DNA of 64,000 nucleotides from Candidatus Bathyarchaeota archaeon (lineage in GTDB: Archaea > Thermoproteota > Bathyarchaeia > Bathyarchaeales > Bathycorpusculaceae): positions 320,001-384,000 of the forward strand of contig OY970280.1 in NCBI GenBank assembly GCA_963715865.1, written 5' to 3'. This document shows positions 1 to 10,106 of the stretch, piece by piece. How positions within the stretch are numbered: position 1 is the first letter of the stretch; every line of letters starts with the position of its first letter. The position numbers were made by a program, and so were the translations under genes. The notes under the pieces are model-generated. The model was not told where the DNA came from and made no database searches. It saw nothing but the letters and a program-made list of their open reading frames with translations.

Positions 1-1
1 C

Positions 2-289
2 AACTTGGAAATCTCTTTTGCTGACACAGGCATGGGCATTTCTGACGAAATTTTACCAAAGATGTTCTCCCCATTGTTCACTACGAAAGCGCAGGGCATG
101 GGCTTCGGCTTAGCCATATGCAAACGCATCATCGAGGCGCATGAAGGAACAATAAGCGTTAAAACAGCCACAGGCAAAGGAACAACCTTCACGGTTACTT
201 TGCCAATTAAACACGAACCTGAAATTGGAGGTGAAAAAGTTTGGATAAACATGCCAGAATCCTCGTTGTCGACGATGACGAAAGCATAA
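2..289 (+). CDS. Sensor histidine kinase, C-terminal HATPase_c part (truncated by window start)
   Basis: DTGMGI (G1), FTTKAQGMGFGL (F/G2), GKGTTFTVTLP motifs. Confidence 0.92.
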   Translation, partial: NLEISFADTGMGISDEILPKMFSPLFTTKAQGMGFGLAICKRIIEAHEGTISVKTATGKGTTFTVTLPIKHEPEIGGEKVWINMPESSLSTMTKA

Positions 290-693
290 GAAAAACGATG
301 AAAGCTATACTTGAAGACGAAGGTTACATTGTGGATTTAGCAGCTACCGGAAGCGAAGCCATTCAAAAAACGAAAGAAAAAGCCTACAACATAGCGCTCT
401 TAGACATCCGATTGCCCGACATAGAAGGCGTAGAACTACTAAAACTAATAAAAGACACAGTGCCACATACCCGCAAAATAATGGTCACAGGCTACCCCTC
501 AATGCAAAACGCTGTAGCCGCCCTAAACAAGAACGCAGACGCATACTTAATCAAGCCCGTAAACGTTGAAAAACTCCTGAATACGGTGAAAGAGCAGTTG
601 CAGTTACAGGAAGATGAAAGAAGATTTAGCGAGCAAAAAGTAGCCGAATTCATTGAAACCCGAGTCAAAGAATTGTCCGTCAACCGTCTCTAA
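241..693 (+). CDS. Response regulator receiver protein
   Basis: LVVDDD, phospho-Asp in LLDIRLPD, MVTGY, YLIKP; GGAGGTG RBS ahead of TTG start. Confidence 0.93.
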   Translation: MDKHARILVVDDDESIRKTMKAILEDEGYIVDLAATGSEAIQKTKEKAYNIALLDIRLPDIEGVELLKLIKDTVPHTRKIMVTGYPSMQNAVAALNKNADAYLIKPVNVEKLLNTVKEQLQLQEDERRFSEQKVAEFIETRVKELSVNRL

Positions 694-1232
694 ACAGACG
701 AATATTCCCATTTTTATTTCATGCTCTAAGTTTTATTCAAACGAAAAAGTAGATTTGTTGCTGTTATTGCACAGTCACGCATGTTAATACGGTAAATTTC
801 CCGCTATTCCTTAGGGTGAAAAAATTATGGTTTTCATTGATCAGGCGCCCTTTTTTCTTAGCCTTTTGGAGGTGACAGTTTTCGTAGAAGAGAAAAAGAA
901 AGGTCAATTTACTATTGACAACGAAAAAAGAAAAAAGAAACAATTGAAGAAAGCCATCATCAAGTCAATATACCTCCAGATATTGGCGACGAAGAAAAGA
1001 AAGCTTTGGAGCAAACTGGTGACGATGCAATTTCAGGATGGTAAAAATAACTATTCAATTTTCCGTCTTCAAACGGCAAGCAAAACAGTTCACTTTCTTG
1101 AAAGGAAGTTTTTTGGATTTAGAAAAAAACCCTAAACATAATGTTTCAAACCTGAAAAATTAATCTATTTACTAGATAAAACGCAAATCTTTTATTAACA
1201 TCAACTATAGTAATAAACAAGAGGCAAAACCC

Positions 1233-1493
1233 TTGACAGAAGAAGCCATAATCGAAATCGGACACATAACACATTTCTTCTCCAAAATCAGTGTAGCAGT
1301 AGTAGAATTAACATTACCCTTAGCGGTTGGAGACCGCATACTCATCAAAGGGCCCTCAACCGATTTTGAGCAAACTGTAGAATCCATGCAAATAGACCGC
1401 AAAGATATCCAACGAGCTGAAGGTGGACAAAGCATAGGATTAAAAGTGGCGCAACCAGCAAAAGAAAAAGATGTAGTTTATAAGAAACTGTAA
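1233..1493 (+). CDS. Small EF-Tu domain II-like beta-barrel (translation elongation factor-like / U32 C-terminal-like protein)
   Basis: IGHITHFFSKISVAVVEL...VGDRILIKG...QTVESMQID...GQSIGLKV pattern. Confidence 0.75.
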   Translation: MTEEAIIEIGHITHFFSKISVAVVELTLPLAVGDRILIKGPSTDFEQTVESMQIDRKDIQRAEGGQSIGLKVAQPAKEKDVVYKKL

Positions 1494-1530
1494 TGCGTTT
1501 AAGGGACAATTTCGCGGCCAGGTGTACTGA

Positions 1531-1782
1531 ATGGGTGGCCTGTCAAAGAATCAAAAGAAAATCATGGAGTTCCTCCAAATTAAATCTGACATGACGACGA
1601 AGGAAATCGCAGAGTTGATTTTCGGCAGAATTGTGTTATATAAATCAAAGGAATACGCTTCAGTCCACCGTAGCCTGATTTCTCTAGAACGCCTAAGCTA
1701 CATCCAGAGAGTTCAGGTTCAGCTTAGATGGCGCTTAGCGGCCAAGAAGAAAGCTGAGGGTGCCCCAAGACTCAAGGAATGA
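1531..1782 (+). CDS. Small winged-helix DNA-binding protein
   Basis: IMEFL...MTTKEIAELIFG...VHRSLISLERLSYIQRV helix/wing pattern. Confidence 0.6.
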   Translation: MGGLSKNQKKIMEFLQIKSDMTTKEIAELIFGRIVLYKSKEYASVHRSLISLERLSYIQRVQVQLRWRLAAKKKAEGAPRLKE

Positions 1783-2899
1783 TTTCGCAACCGTTGTATT
1801 TGAAGTAATCAAAGTCTGCTAAGCTAATCGTACCGTTGTTTACGAGTTTTCTGATTCTTTGTAACTGACCTTCAACAGATCGTATCAAACCCTTTACAGT
1901 GTTGCAAACTTCAGCGTAGGCTTGGTCGCTCCAACGTTTAGTTACGTTAGCATAGAGACAACGCCCTCCGCAAACACCAAGAACATTACATTCTGTGCAA
2001 GGCGTATTGTTTACGAGTATCTTTCCAAGGCTTAATGGATCCGTTTCAGCGATGTGACCCAGATAGTACTTTTTCATACCCCACATTGTTGGGCACGGAA
2101 TTATGCGGCCGTCAGTCTGGATTGCATAGTTTATCCAGCCTCCACCGCAGCGCATCAGGCTTGGCTCTTTATCTAGGATGAGTGAACTTGCAATTCCCAG
2201 AAGTGGGTAGAGCCGCAACACAACGCCTTTTTCTTCCATCTGGTCCACCCAGAAACTTGCCAACTTCTCAACCCCTGGAATGTATTGGTCCTCGCTCCAC
2301 CGCTTGAAATCTCGCCTTGCATAGTCGTTTCCCCAGAAACCAGCGTTCAACTGCCAATGAACAGACGAAAAAGGGAACACATTGTTGTCCAGAAGCCATG
2401 TGACCTGCTTGTAGATGTCAGTCTGCTCCATAACCGTCATCCTCGCAATCAACTCGCCGCTGAAGCCATTTTTCGCGATATGCTTCAGGTTATCTACGAC
2501 TTTTTTGAAAGTGCCTTTTCCCCTGTAATAGTCCGTTAACGCTTCATCACCGTCTAGAGAAACGAGGATGGAGTGGAAACGGTTAACGTACTCCTGTTCT
2601 AAATGGTCAAGGAGCACACCGTTTGTCTGGATCATGAAGTGTTTTGGCTTCACCATGTCCATAATTTGTTTTATCTCACTCGTGCACAGAAGAGGTTCGC
2701 CACCGTAAAACGTCACGACACAATCGGCGTCGCGGCGGCAAAAATTAGCTAACATTTTCCAGTCATAATTCGCTTTCTTCGGCAAGGAATAATCTACATC
2801 GAATTCGCCGAAGTCTTCATCAAAATCCTCCAGCGTCTCGCCGAAACAGTACCTGCATTGCAAGTTGCATTCAGTTGTCAGAACGATGTGGAAGAACAT
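1772..2899 (-). CDS. Radical SAM enzyme with SPASM-like C-terminus (AF0577 family-like)
   Basis: CNLQCRYC CxxxCxxC, FYGGEPLL, C-terminal Cys cluster CGGG...CP...CTEC...CGGRC. Confidence 0.85.
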   Translation of the reverse strand: MFFHIVLTTECNLQCRYCFGETLEDFDEDFGEFDVDYSLPKKANYDWKMLANFCRRDADCVVTFYGGEPLLCTSEIKQIMDMVKPKHFMIQTNGVLLDHLEQEYVNRFHSILVSLDGDEALTDYYRGKGTFKKVVDNLKHIAKNGFSGELIARMTVMEQTDIYKQVTWLLDNNVFPFSSVHWQLNAGFWGNDYARRDFKRWSEDQYIPGVEKLASFWVDQMEEKGVVLRLYPLLGIASSLILDKEPSLMRCGGGWINYAIQTDGRIIPCPTMWGMKKYYLGHIAETDPLSLGKILVNNTPCTECNVLGVCGGRCLYANVTKRWSDQAYAEVCNTVKGLIRSVEGQLQRIRKLVNNGTISLADFDYFKYNGCEIIP

Positions 2900-2924
2900 G
2901 CCTTAGCTTAAATAAAGAACGAGC

Positions 2925-4247
2925 TTAATAGTATTTTTCCGCGAACTCTTTAGCTTTCTCCATGTTTTCCTGACCACCCTCGAATTCCACACACTCCTGC
3001 TCTGCCTTATCAGGTTCGCATTCCTTCTTTGCCTTGGCTTCATCTTTTTTATGTGCTTTCGCCACTTCTTTCTGTGCTTTCTCGATGTAGTTTTTCAGAT
3101 CGCGAGCTCTCATGATTTTTTCGGACAGCGTTTCAGGGGCATAAAGCAGGGGAATAGTTGCCAAGAACAGGAATAAGCTTGCCAAAGAGAAGGAGGTTGT
3201 AACCGGGACAGCTTCGACAAAAGGCTGAGCCAGCGCTTCAATCAGGTTCGAGAATAGAAAGGGCATACAGCCCAAAAGGTAAAAACTTTCCCTGTTTCTT
3301 CCTTCAGAGATGTCTCCCCAGACAACGAAGATGAAAGTAACGTAAAGGAAGCCCCATGCGACTCCGTCAAATAACACATACATAATTTGGGAAAACGCTG
3401 TTCCTGGAAGAAGGCTTAAAAACGCGTATGCCAAACCAAGCAAAATAAACCCCAAAATACCTGAGATTTTGCGTCCCTTGAAGTCGCATATCACGCCTCC
3501 AAGAAAAGCTGAAAAACTGGTTATTAAGAGCACAACCACCATGTACAAGCTGTATAATTCCGCTCCAAAATAGTGCTCTACTAAAGGTACTTCCACGAAG
3601 TTTACAATGGTGAATAGAAACCATGGGACAAAGTACAGAAAAAAGGTCCGTTCCCGAATTATGTTTAGGAGAGAAGTTTTGCGTTCCTCAACAACTCCCG
3701 CTTTAGGCACCAAGAAAAACACGCTTGCTGTGCCCATCAGTCTCCATGCTGCTAGCACTACAAACTTGTAGTCCACGTTTAAGGTGCCGATGTACATATA
3801 AATCAAAGCGGTAAGAGCTTGAATAGCGAAAAACACAAAAGCTCCATTTCGACCGCGGTTATTAGATTTTGAATTCTCCGAAAAGAACGCAAGACAAGTA
3901 GGAATACCCAATCCAGCTAATGCTCCGATAGGAAGCGATAAAAAAACCACGTTGAGCGAGATCGCCTGTGGAGCCAAAAACGCCGAAACCGTACATGTGA
4001 CCGCACCTAGCGAGACCCAAGTTAACAACGACGTTTTTCCTCTTAGTTTCTTGCTCAAAACAGTTGCGCCAATGATAGCGGAGGCAAGTAAAGTCCCAAA
4101 GTATGCGATAGACGCCAGCAAAATGTTGCTGAAGGAAGTTTTTCCTATAATGTCTGAAATGACAAACCAAGTAAGGGAGAACCAAGATACACTATTAATC
4201 AGCAGGAATAGAGAAGGAAGCGACTCTCGTGTTTTGGCTTTCCACAT
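2925..4247 (-). CDS. MFS-like 12-TM transporter
   Basis: About 12 hydrophobic segments, GGVICDFKGRK motif-A-like loop, charged C-tail. Confidence 0.75.
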   Translation of the reverse strand: MWKAKTRESLPSLFLLINSVSWFSLTWFVISDIIGKTSFSNILLASIAYFGTLLASAIIGATVLSKKLRGKTSLLTWVSLGAVTCTVSAFLAPQAISLNVVFLSLPIGALAGLGIPTCLAFFSENSKSNNRGRNGAFVFFAIQALTALIYMYIGTLNVDYKFVVLAAWRLMGTASVFFLVPKAGVVEERKTSLLNIIRERTFFLYFVPWFLFTIVNFVEVPLVEHYFGAELYSLYMVVVLLITSFSAFLGGVICDFKGRKISGILGFILLGLAYAFLSLLPGTAFSQIMYVLFDGVAWGFLYVTFIFVVWGDISEGRNRESFYLLGCMPFLFSNLIEALAQPFVEAVPVTTSFSLASLFLFLATIPLLYAPETLSEKIMRARDLKNYIEKAQKEVAKAHKKDEAKAKKECEPDKAEQECVEFEGGQENMEKAKEFAEKYY

Positions 4248-4448
4248 TTCGTTTCTGTTATAAATCAGGTTTGGTTAGTTACTAACTTTATGAATCCTAA
4301 ATTCTGATTTTGAACACGCTTTTTCACTTCTATACCAGTGTTCAATGACAAAGCTTATATTGCCGAAGTGTTGAACAGATATACAGGTGAGGAGAAATGG
4401 AGAAGAAGAGAACAGTTCGGAGAAAACCAAAAGTCCTTGCTTGGTAAA

Positions 4449-5504
4449 CTACAAGTCTTCGATCAAGGAAGCGGCCAATAAGTGAAGTTCTTCTTTCACT
4501 CGGTTATTTGGTAGTGTATCTAATGCTTTTATTGCTTCTGTTTCTAAACTACTCAGATGTTGATTTAACAATCGAATCTCTCTAGTGCGGAGGATAGTCT
4601 CTATAAGCTCGTTACAATCGTCTTGGCTGAGGCTACCTGTTTCTAAGATCTCTCGGATTCGCATTCCATACTTTCGGTTTTGAAGCGCGTACAGAACTTG
4701 AAGCGGCAAGACCTCATGGTTTATCCTATGCATGAGCTCAGTTGGCTCAAAGATATCTACAAAATCTGATTTTACTGCCAAAAGAATGCCTATGTTTCTT
4801 CCGTAACTACTTAGAGCCTCGATTTTTTCTGCAGCACCTCCGCCGAAGGTAGCACCAATTCTCATTCGCCCTTCAATATCGGAGGCTTTTTTCGTTAAGA
4901 CTTGAAGGTATGTTGCAGGTCTCACCATCCGTTTCTTAGCTTTCAACTGAGCTTCTAACATGTGAGCTTCGACCACTTCGGAAAGGAAATGGTTCACTCC
5001 ATCAATAATCTGCAGCCTTCGGTCTTTCGGAAGGTTTTCTAAAGCTCTATAAAGCTGGCTGAAGCCTTTGACCATAAATCCATCGCCAATGAGCAGTGTC
5101 GCTTCTTTCCCTAACTTGCCATAAACCGTTTTTCTGTTTTTCTTAGCTAATGATTCGTCGATAATGTCGTCATGAATGTCCATTGTTGCGTCGATAAATA
5201 ATAGCGCTACCTGCAACGGCACAATTTCCTGTGCGTTTCCATCTACGGCTTCACATGCGAGGTAAAGTATACCTGGTCGAGTCGTATCATCCCATCTTGA
5301 AAGATATTGTTCAATAGCAGTGTCCACTTTTTTTACTTCGGTTTTTTCTGCAAGAATTATCTGCTTTACTATGGTGCGTGCTTTCGCGCTCTTTTCGTCT
5401 AAAAGTTTTAGAACTTTTTCGGTTAAGGTTTCATTTGCCATGAGATTCTTTCTTGCTCCTAAGTTGATATAATGTTTTCCTATAACTCCAGCAGATTTTG
5501 TCAA
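4449..5504 (-). CDS. Polyprenyl diphosphate synthase family protein (divergent motifs)
   Basis: First Asp-rich motif HDDIIDES; second motif degenerate (AVKSDFVD). Confidence 0.8.
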   Translation of the reverse strand: MTKSAGVIGKHYINLGARKNLMANETLTEKVLKLLDEKSAKARTIVKQIILAEKTEVKKVDTAIEQYLSRWDDTTRPGILYLACEAVDGNAQEIVPLQVALLFIDATMDIHDDIIDESLAKKNRKTVYGKLGKEATLLIGDGFMVKGFSQLYRALENLPKDRRLQIIDGVNHFLSEVVEAHMLEAQLKAKKRMVRPATYLQVLTKKASDIEGRMRIGATFGGGAAEKIEALSSYGRNIGILLAVKSDFVDIFEPTELMHRINHEVLPLQVLYALQNRKYGMRIREILETGSLSQDDCNELIETILRTREIRLLNQHLSSLETEAIKALDTLPNNRVKEELHLLAASLIEDL

Positions 5505-5559
5505 TTCTGGGAAGTTATAGGACTTTGGGAGAGATGTTTTTTATTGAGAGATTGCGTTT

Positions 5560-6684
5560 TCAGTGGACGGAAAGATAATATCTTGCTTTTGCCAAGAAAT
5601 TCCTGAAGATATATGGAAGCCACAAAGCGAATCCCGAATCACTGTAAAATTTTGAGACCGCGCCTGCTGCAGAGTATAACTCGTCGCCATATTCCTTTCG
5701 CCAATACTTTTCAAAAAGATGAATGTTTCTGTCTAAAAAGGCCGAGCCACACAGCTTCCCTCCCTTCATGGCGTAATAAATACCTAGACCGCTTATAGCG
5801 TCTACATGCCCAGCTGCATCCCCAATCAAGGCCCAATTATTACCTGAACATGGCAAATCAAAAAAATTCTTCATCCAAACAGAAGGGATCAAATGGGTAA
5901 AAAACCGTCCTTCTAGGTTTTTCAAACGTTTACCCGCAGGATGCGAGGATATAAAAGTGTCCAACTCTCGTTTCAGTTTACTTCCTGATTCTCTACTTCC
6001 AATACCAACATTTATTTTCGTTCTTTTGGGAAAAATCCATATGAACCCCCCTTTTTTAACGTATTTATTCGAATAATAGATCTCTATACTGTTTTTGGCA
6101 AAATTCCTTTCCAAATAATTGCTTGAACAAGACAAATCGTAGCCGACAGTCGCTGCCAAAAACTTCCGAGGAATAGGCTTGTAAACATAATTTCTTATAA
6201 GCGATGGACAACCATCAGCCCCTACGAGGAATTCGACTTTTACGTTCTTATCTCTATTTGTTCTTAATATCCAGTTTCCTTTCTGCTCTATTACCTGATC
6301 TACTTTCTCTTCGAAAAACGACACACTCATGTTTCTTAGCGCCCTCTGAAGCAAGTATTCATCAAAAACTTTTCTTGAGACGAGAAACTGAGAAGGCTCT
6401 AGGAGAAATTTAGTGTGTAATTTAAATCTCTCAGTTAAACTCCACTTCACCTCATTTTCTAGGAGTGCCTTTGGGATTTCAAATTCTTCGACCACTCTAT
6501 CTTCGATGAGCCCTCCACATGGCTTTTCCCGAGGGCGAGAATGATCAAAAACAGCTACCTTAACTCCCGCTTCTCCTAGAATTTGTGCGCACATGGAGCC
6601 CGCGGGTCCTGCCCCGACAATGCCGACTTGAAACGTGTTTGATAGCATCTTTGTTACTTTATGTTCTGTTTTTATATTTGTCAT
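5560..6684 (-). CDS. Geranylgeranyl reductase family FAD-dependent oxidoreductase
   Basis: GAGPAG, KPCGG, VGADG, FIWIFPK, IGDAAG motifs. Confidence 0.85.
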   Translation of the reverse strand: MTNIKTEHKVTKMLSNTFQVGIVGAGPAGSMCAQILGEAGVKVAVFDHSRPREKPCGGLIEDRVVEEFEIPKALLENEVKWSLTERFKLHTKFLLEPSQFLVSRKVFDEYLLQRALRNMSVSFFEEKVDQVIEQKGNWILRTNRDKNVKVEFLVGADGCPSLIRNYVYKPIPRKFLAATVGYDLSCSSNYLERNFAKNSIEIYYSNKYVKKGGFIWIFPKRTKINVGIGSRESGSKLKRELDTFISSHPAGKRLKNLEGRFFTHLIPSVWMKNFFDLPCSGNNWALIGDAAGHVDAISGLGIYYAMKGGKLCGSAFLDRNIHLFEKYWRKEYGDELYSAAGAVSKFYSDSGFALWLPYIFRNFLAKARYYLSVH

Positions 6685-6873
6685 TTTAGGTTAGTCACAT
6701 TTAGATTAAAAGCAGAACTCTTAATAGTTATGACTTTGAGTGATGTTGAAAAGGTAAATAAGCATAAATTTGGAAACGCTTAGAATCATTTCAAACTTGG
6801 ATGGTGCTCTACTCGTTGGTACCGAGCAAGCAAATGGAAATGTATGAGGCCCTGAGAAGAATAAGGATGCATA

Positions 6874-8100
6874 ATGATGTTTAGCAGCTATCAAGGATTG
6901 TCCAGAGAGGCAAAATACCTGATCTATCAGTCGGTATTGCCAGCCGTTGCTTACGGATTGTTCTTTACGGACATATCCTATTTTCTAACTTCTGTTCAGG
7001 GTTTGTCCTATGCTTTTATGGGAATTGTTGTAACAACGATGGGCGTAGCAACTTTCATGGCAAGCATTCCTTTAGGAGTAGCCGCAGATAAGTACGGTAG
7101 GAAGAAAACGCTCATTTTAGGTAACGTGATAGCGGGAATAATAATTGCCATTTTTGCCTTTACCAAAGATCCGATAGCACTGCTGGTTGCTGCAGTTTTT
7201 GAAGGAATTTCTGAGGCAGCATTTTCAGCGTCCAGTGGCGCATTGTTAGCAGAAAAAGCAGAGGCTGCGAAAAGAACCAGCGTTTTTTCGCTATACGGGT
7301 TTGCACAAAGCATTGCGTACGGAGTTGGGAGTTTGGCAATACCGGGGGTTGTGATCTTTGAATTATTGGGTTTCTCTACAAAGACCAGCCATGCCTTGCT
7401 CTATGTCACTGTAGCTGCTCTTAGTCTTTTTTCAACAGTTATTTTGCTAAAGGTCAAAGAATCCGGCAGAACAAAGAAAACCAAAAAACCTGAAATCGAT
7501 GATGCTGCGAAAGGTTCTCGCAAAGAGTCAAGGAGTATCTTGGCGAAATACGTTTTGACAGGCGCAATACTTGCCTTCGGCGCGGGTATGGTGGTACCTC
7601 TAATGACCGCTTGGCTGAGACTGCAATATGGCATTTCAGACGTTATTAGTGGCCCCATATTGGGTGTGGCGAGTATAGTCATTGGGGTTGCAACTCTTGC
7701 TGGTCCGCCAATTGCGAAGAAGCATGGTCTAGTCAAGACGATTGTTGCTACTCAAGCGGCATCCACTGTTTTTATGTTCGCGACCCCACTTTTTTCCAGT
7801 TACATAGTTGCCAGTTCCGTTTACACTGTGCGTGCTTTTCTCATGAACATGGCAAGTCCGCTATCGCAATCGATGATTATGGGGCTCGTTGACGAAAATG
7901 AACGCGGAATGGCTTCGGGGGTTAACGCTGCTCTTTGGAGGTTGCCCAATGCTTTAAGCACTTTTATCGGCGCTTATCTAATGGCTATCGGATTATTGGC
8001 TGCCCCATTCTTTTTGGCAAGCGTGCTCTATTTATTGTCTATTGCACTCTTCTGGTATTATTTTCGAAAAATCAAAATGCCTGAAGAAAAGGCAGCCTAA
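6874..8100 (+). CDS. MFS transporter
   Basis: GVAADKYGRKK motif A, 12 TM segments. Confidence 0.9.
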   Translation: MMFSSYQGLSREAKYLIYQSVLPAVAYGLFFTDISYFLTSVQGLSYAFMGIVVTTMGVATFMASIPLGVAADKYGRKKTLILGNVIAGIIIAIFAFTKDPIALLVAAVFEGISEAAFSASSGALLAEKAEAAKRTSVFSLYGFAQSIAYGVGSLAIPGVVIFELLGFSTKTSHALLYVTVAALSLFSTVILLKVKESGRTKKTKKPEIDDAAKGSRKESRSILAKYVLTGAILAFGAGMVVPLMTAWLRLQYGISDVISGPILGVASIVIGVATLAGPPIAKKHGLVKTIVATQAASTVFMFATPLFSSYIVASSVYTVRAFLMNMASPLSQSMIMGLVDENERGMASGVNAALWRLPNALSTFIGAYLMAIGLLAAPFFLASVLYLLSIALFWYYFRKIKMPEEKAA

Positions 8101-9152
8101 CCATGTGGGGTTCTGTTTAGGATTCGCTCAATAGTGGCTGCTGTCGTTTCCACATGTTCCTTTTCTATTCCTCTATGCGTTACCAGGCGGACTTTATTCT
8201 TCGCTTGAGCTAAGGCTAAAATACCGTTTTCCTTGAGTTTTAGAAGAAAAGAATCACAGTCTATTCCTGAATGAACGAGGTCGAAAGTGACAATGTTTGT
8301 CTGAACGTTTTTTAAGTCAATCTTGATTCCATTGATTTTTGATAGTTTTTCAGCCAACAATTTAGCGTTTTCGTTGTCTGTTCTTAACCTATCAATCATC
8401 TTTTCCAACGCTATTATGCCTGGCGCGGCGATGATGCCTGCTTGGCGCATTCCGCCACCCAAGATTTTCCTTGTTTTCCTCGCTCTTTGGATAAAATCTC
8501 GACTGCCAACTATTATTGAACCAATAGGACAGCTTAAACCTTTAGAAATACAAAACATTAAGTTGTCAACATGCTTGGTGAACTCTTTCACATCAGTGTT
8601 CAAGGCAACGGACGCATTAAATATTCTCGCGCCATCCATGTACAGTCTTAAAGAGTGCTTCTTAGCTACGTCACTTATTGCTTTCAATTGAGCGGGGGTA
8701 ACTATGGTTCCTCCATAACGGTTATGCGTATTTTCCACACATATCAGCGAAGCTTCTGGATAACTAAGGTTTCTTGGTCGTAATGCCTCTTCTATCTGTT
8801 GCGGTTCAAATGCCCCGCCGACTGCTTTTAAGGGCCACGGAAGCAAACCAGCGATGGTGGAGACGCCTCCAACTTCATACCAGTAAATATGAGATTCAGC
8901 TTCCAGTAGCACCAACTCGCCTCTATTGCAGTTGCTCATGAGCGATGTTAAGTTAGCCTGAGTTCCGCTTGGAACCAGAAGCGCTGCTTCTTTTCCCATC
9001 TTCTCCGCCGCCATCTCCTGCAGCCTATTGACGGTAGGGTCTTCGCCGTAAACATCATCGCCCAGGCTTGCATGTTTAATCGCTTCAAGCATCTCTTCTG
9101 TTGGCAACGTAACCGTGTCGCTTCTTAAGTCAATAAATTCCCTGTTGGGCAA
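8097..9152 (-). CDS. ltaE: Low-specificity L-threonine aldolase
   Basis: IDLRSDT, GDDVYGEDP, ENTHN, MDGARIFNA, PLP Lys in CISKGL; start set at TTG 9152 behind a GAGGT RBS (ORF track starts at 9212). Confidence 0.9.
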   Translation of the reverse strand: MPNREFIDLRSDTVTLPTEEMLEAIKHASLGDDVYGEDPTVNRLQEMAAEKMGKEAALLVPSGTQANLTSLMSNCNRGELVLLEAESHIYWYEVGGVSTIAGLLPWPLKAVGGAFEPQQIEEALRPRNLSYPEASLICVENTHNRYGGTIVTPAQLKAISDVAKKHSLRLYMDGARIFNASVALNTDVKEFTKHVDNLMFCISKGLSCPIGSIIVGSRDFIQRARKTRKILGGGMRQAGIIAAPGIIALEKMIDRLRTDNENAKLLAEKLSKINGIKIDLKNVQTNIVTFDLVHSGIDCDSFLLKLKENGILALAQAKNKVRLVTHRGIEKEHVETTAATIERILNRTPHG

Positions 9153-9301
9153 TCGCCATACCTCTAAGTGCCTTTGTTTACCCTTGCTAATTAATATTTC
9201 ACAAATCCTCAATTCACGAAAAAATCACTGAACTTCGTACTTTCTTCTGGGCTTGTTAACGTCAGAAAGGCTTTTAATTTGTTTAACCGTTACTGAAATC
9301 C

Positions 9302-9520
9302 ATGGAAGAGGCAAGAAAACGGTCCGTAGTCAAATCAGTAGTCTGGAGAATAATTTGTATAGTCGTCAGTTTATTCACAACACTTCTTTTGACTGGAAGG
9401 TGGGACATTGCTTTGGCTGTCGGAACACTATACAACGCGATAACCATGATATTATATTATTTTCACGAAAGATTTTGGAACAAGATAAAATGGGGAATGA
9501 AGCAGACCGATTCGGATTAA
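9302..9520 (+). CDS. DUF2061-like small membrane protein
   Basis: RSVVKSVVWR...YYFHERFWNKIKWG signature. Confidence 0.8.
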   Translation: MEEARKRSVVKSVVWRIICIVVSLFTTLLLTGRWDIALAVGTLYNAITMILYYFHERFWNKIKWGMKQTDSD

Positions 9521-9640
9521 AAACTTCGGTTGTACTCCTATATGGCGAAGGCTGCATGCCAAGAAGGCAAAACGAAAATTAAATAAGCGAAGACGTTCAG
9601 AGCAAGAATTGCCGAATTTGGGCATCTGAGGTGAATCACC

Positions 9641-10042
9641 ATGTCGCTTGTAATGAAGCGTGTTTTCGGGTTGAGAACTGTTTTGATGAAAGCTGCATGT
9701 TTTTGGCTTGCCTTGGTGATAGCCGATTTTGTTATGGTGTACTTGTTTGGTCCCCAGATTTGGTCTTATGCTGGTTACTTCTTTGGGAATGATGTTAGAA
9801 TTACGTTAGGCGTTCTCATGTTTATTGAGGGCGGAGTTCTTCTCGCATTGGGTACACTGTGGGCTTCCGGCTCTATGGAAAACGTGCATTATGGCAAATA
9901 TGGAAAAACCTATGCCTATTTCAGTAAGGAAGACTGGGAAAAGCGTCGAGAGCAAATAGAAAACCCAAGCGATGTCGTCAAGATTCTAATGCTGACTGGT
10001 GGAGTTATCCTAATAACTTCTATCATCTTAGTCCTTGCATAG
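9641..10042 (+). CDS. Three-TM membrane protein (DUF3899-like)
   Basis: Three hydrophobic segments with a charged loop; GAGGTG RBS. Confidence 0.65.
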   Translation: MSLVMKRVFGLRTVLMKAACFWLALVIADFVMVYLFGPQIWSYAGYFFGNDVRITLGVLMFIEGGVLLALGTLWASGSMENVHYGKYGKTYAYFSKEDWEKRREQIENPSDVVKILMLTGGVILITSIILVLA

Positions 10043-10106
10043 GCAAGAGAAAATCGTCTAATTGAAGTGGTTCTTTCTGCTTGAGAAAAGCTCAATTTAT
10101 GTTTTG

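Noticed and set aside
827-1135. 102-aa ORF in the track
   Set aside because: Lys-rich low-complexity product with no recognisable motif; a different frame looks more protein-like.
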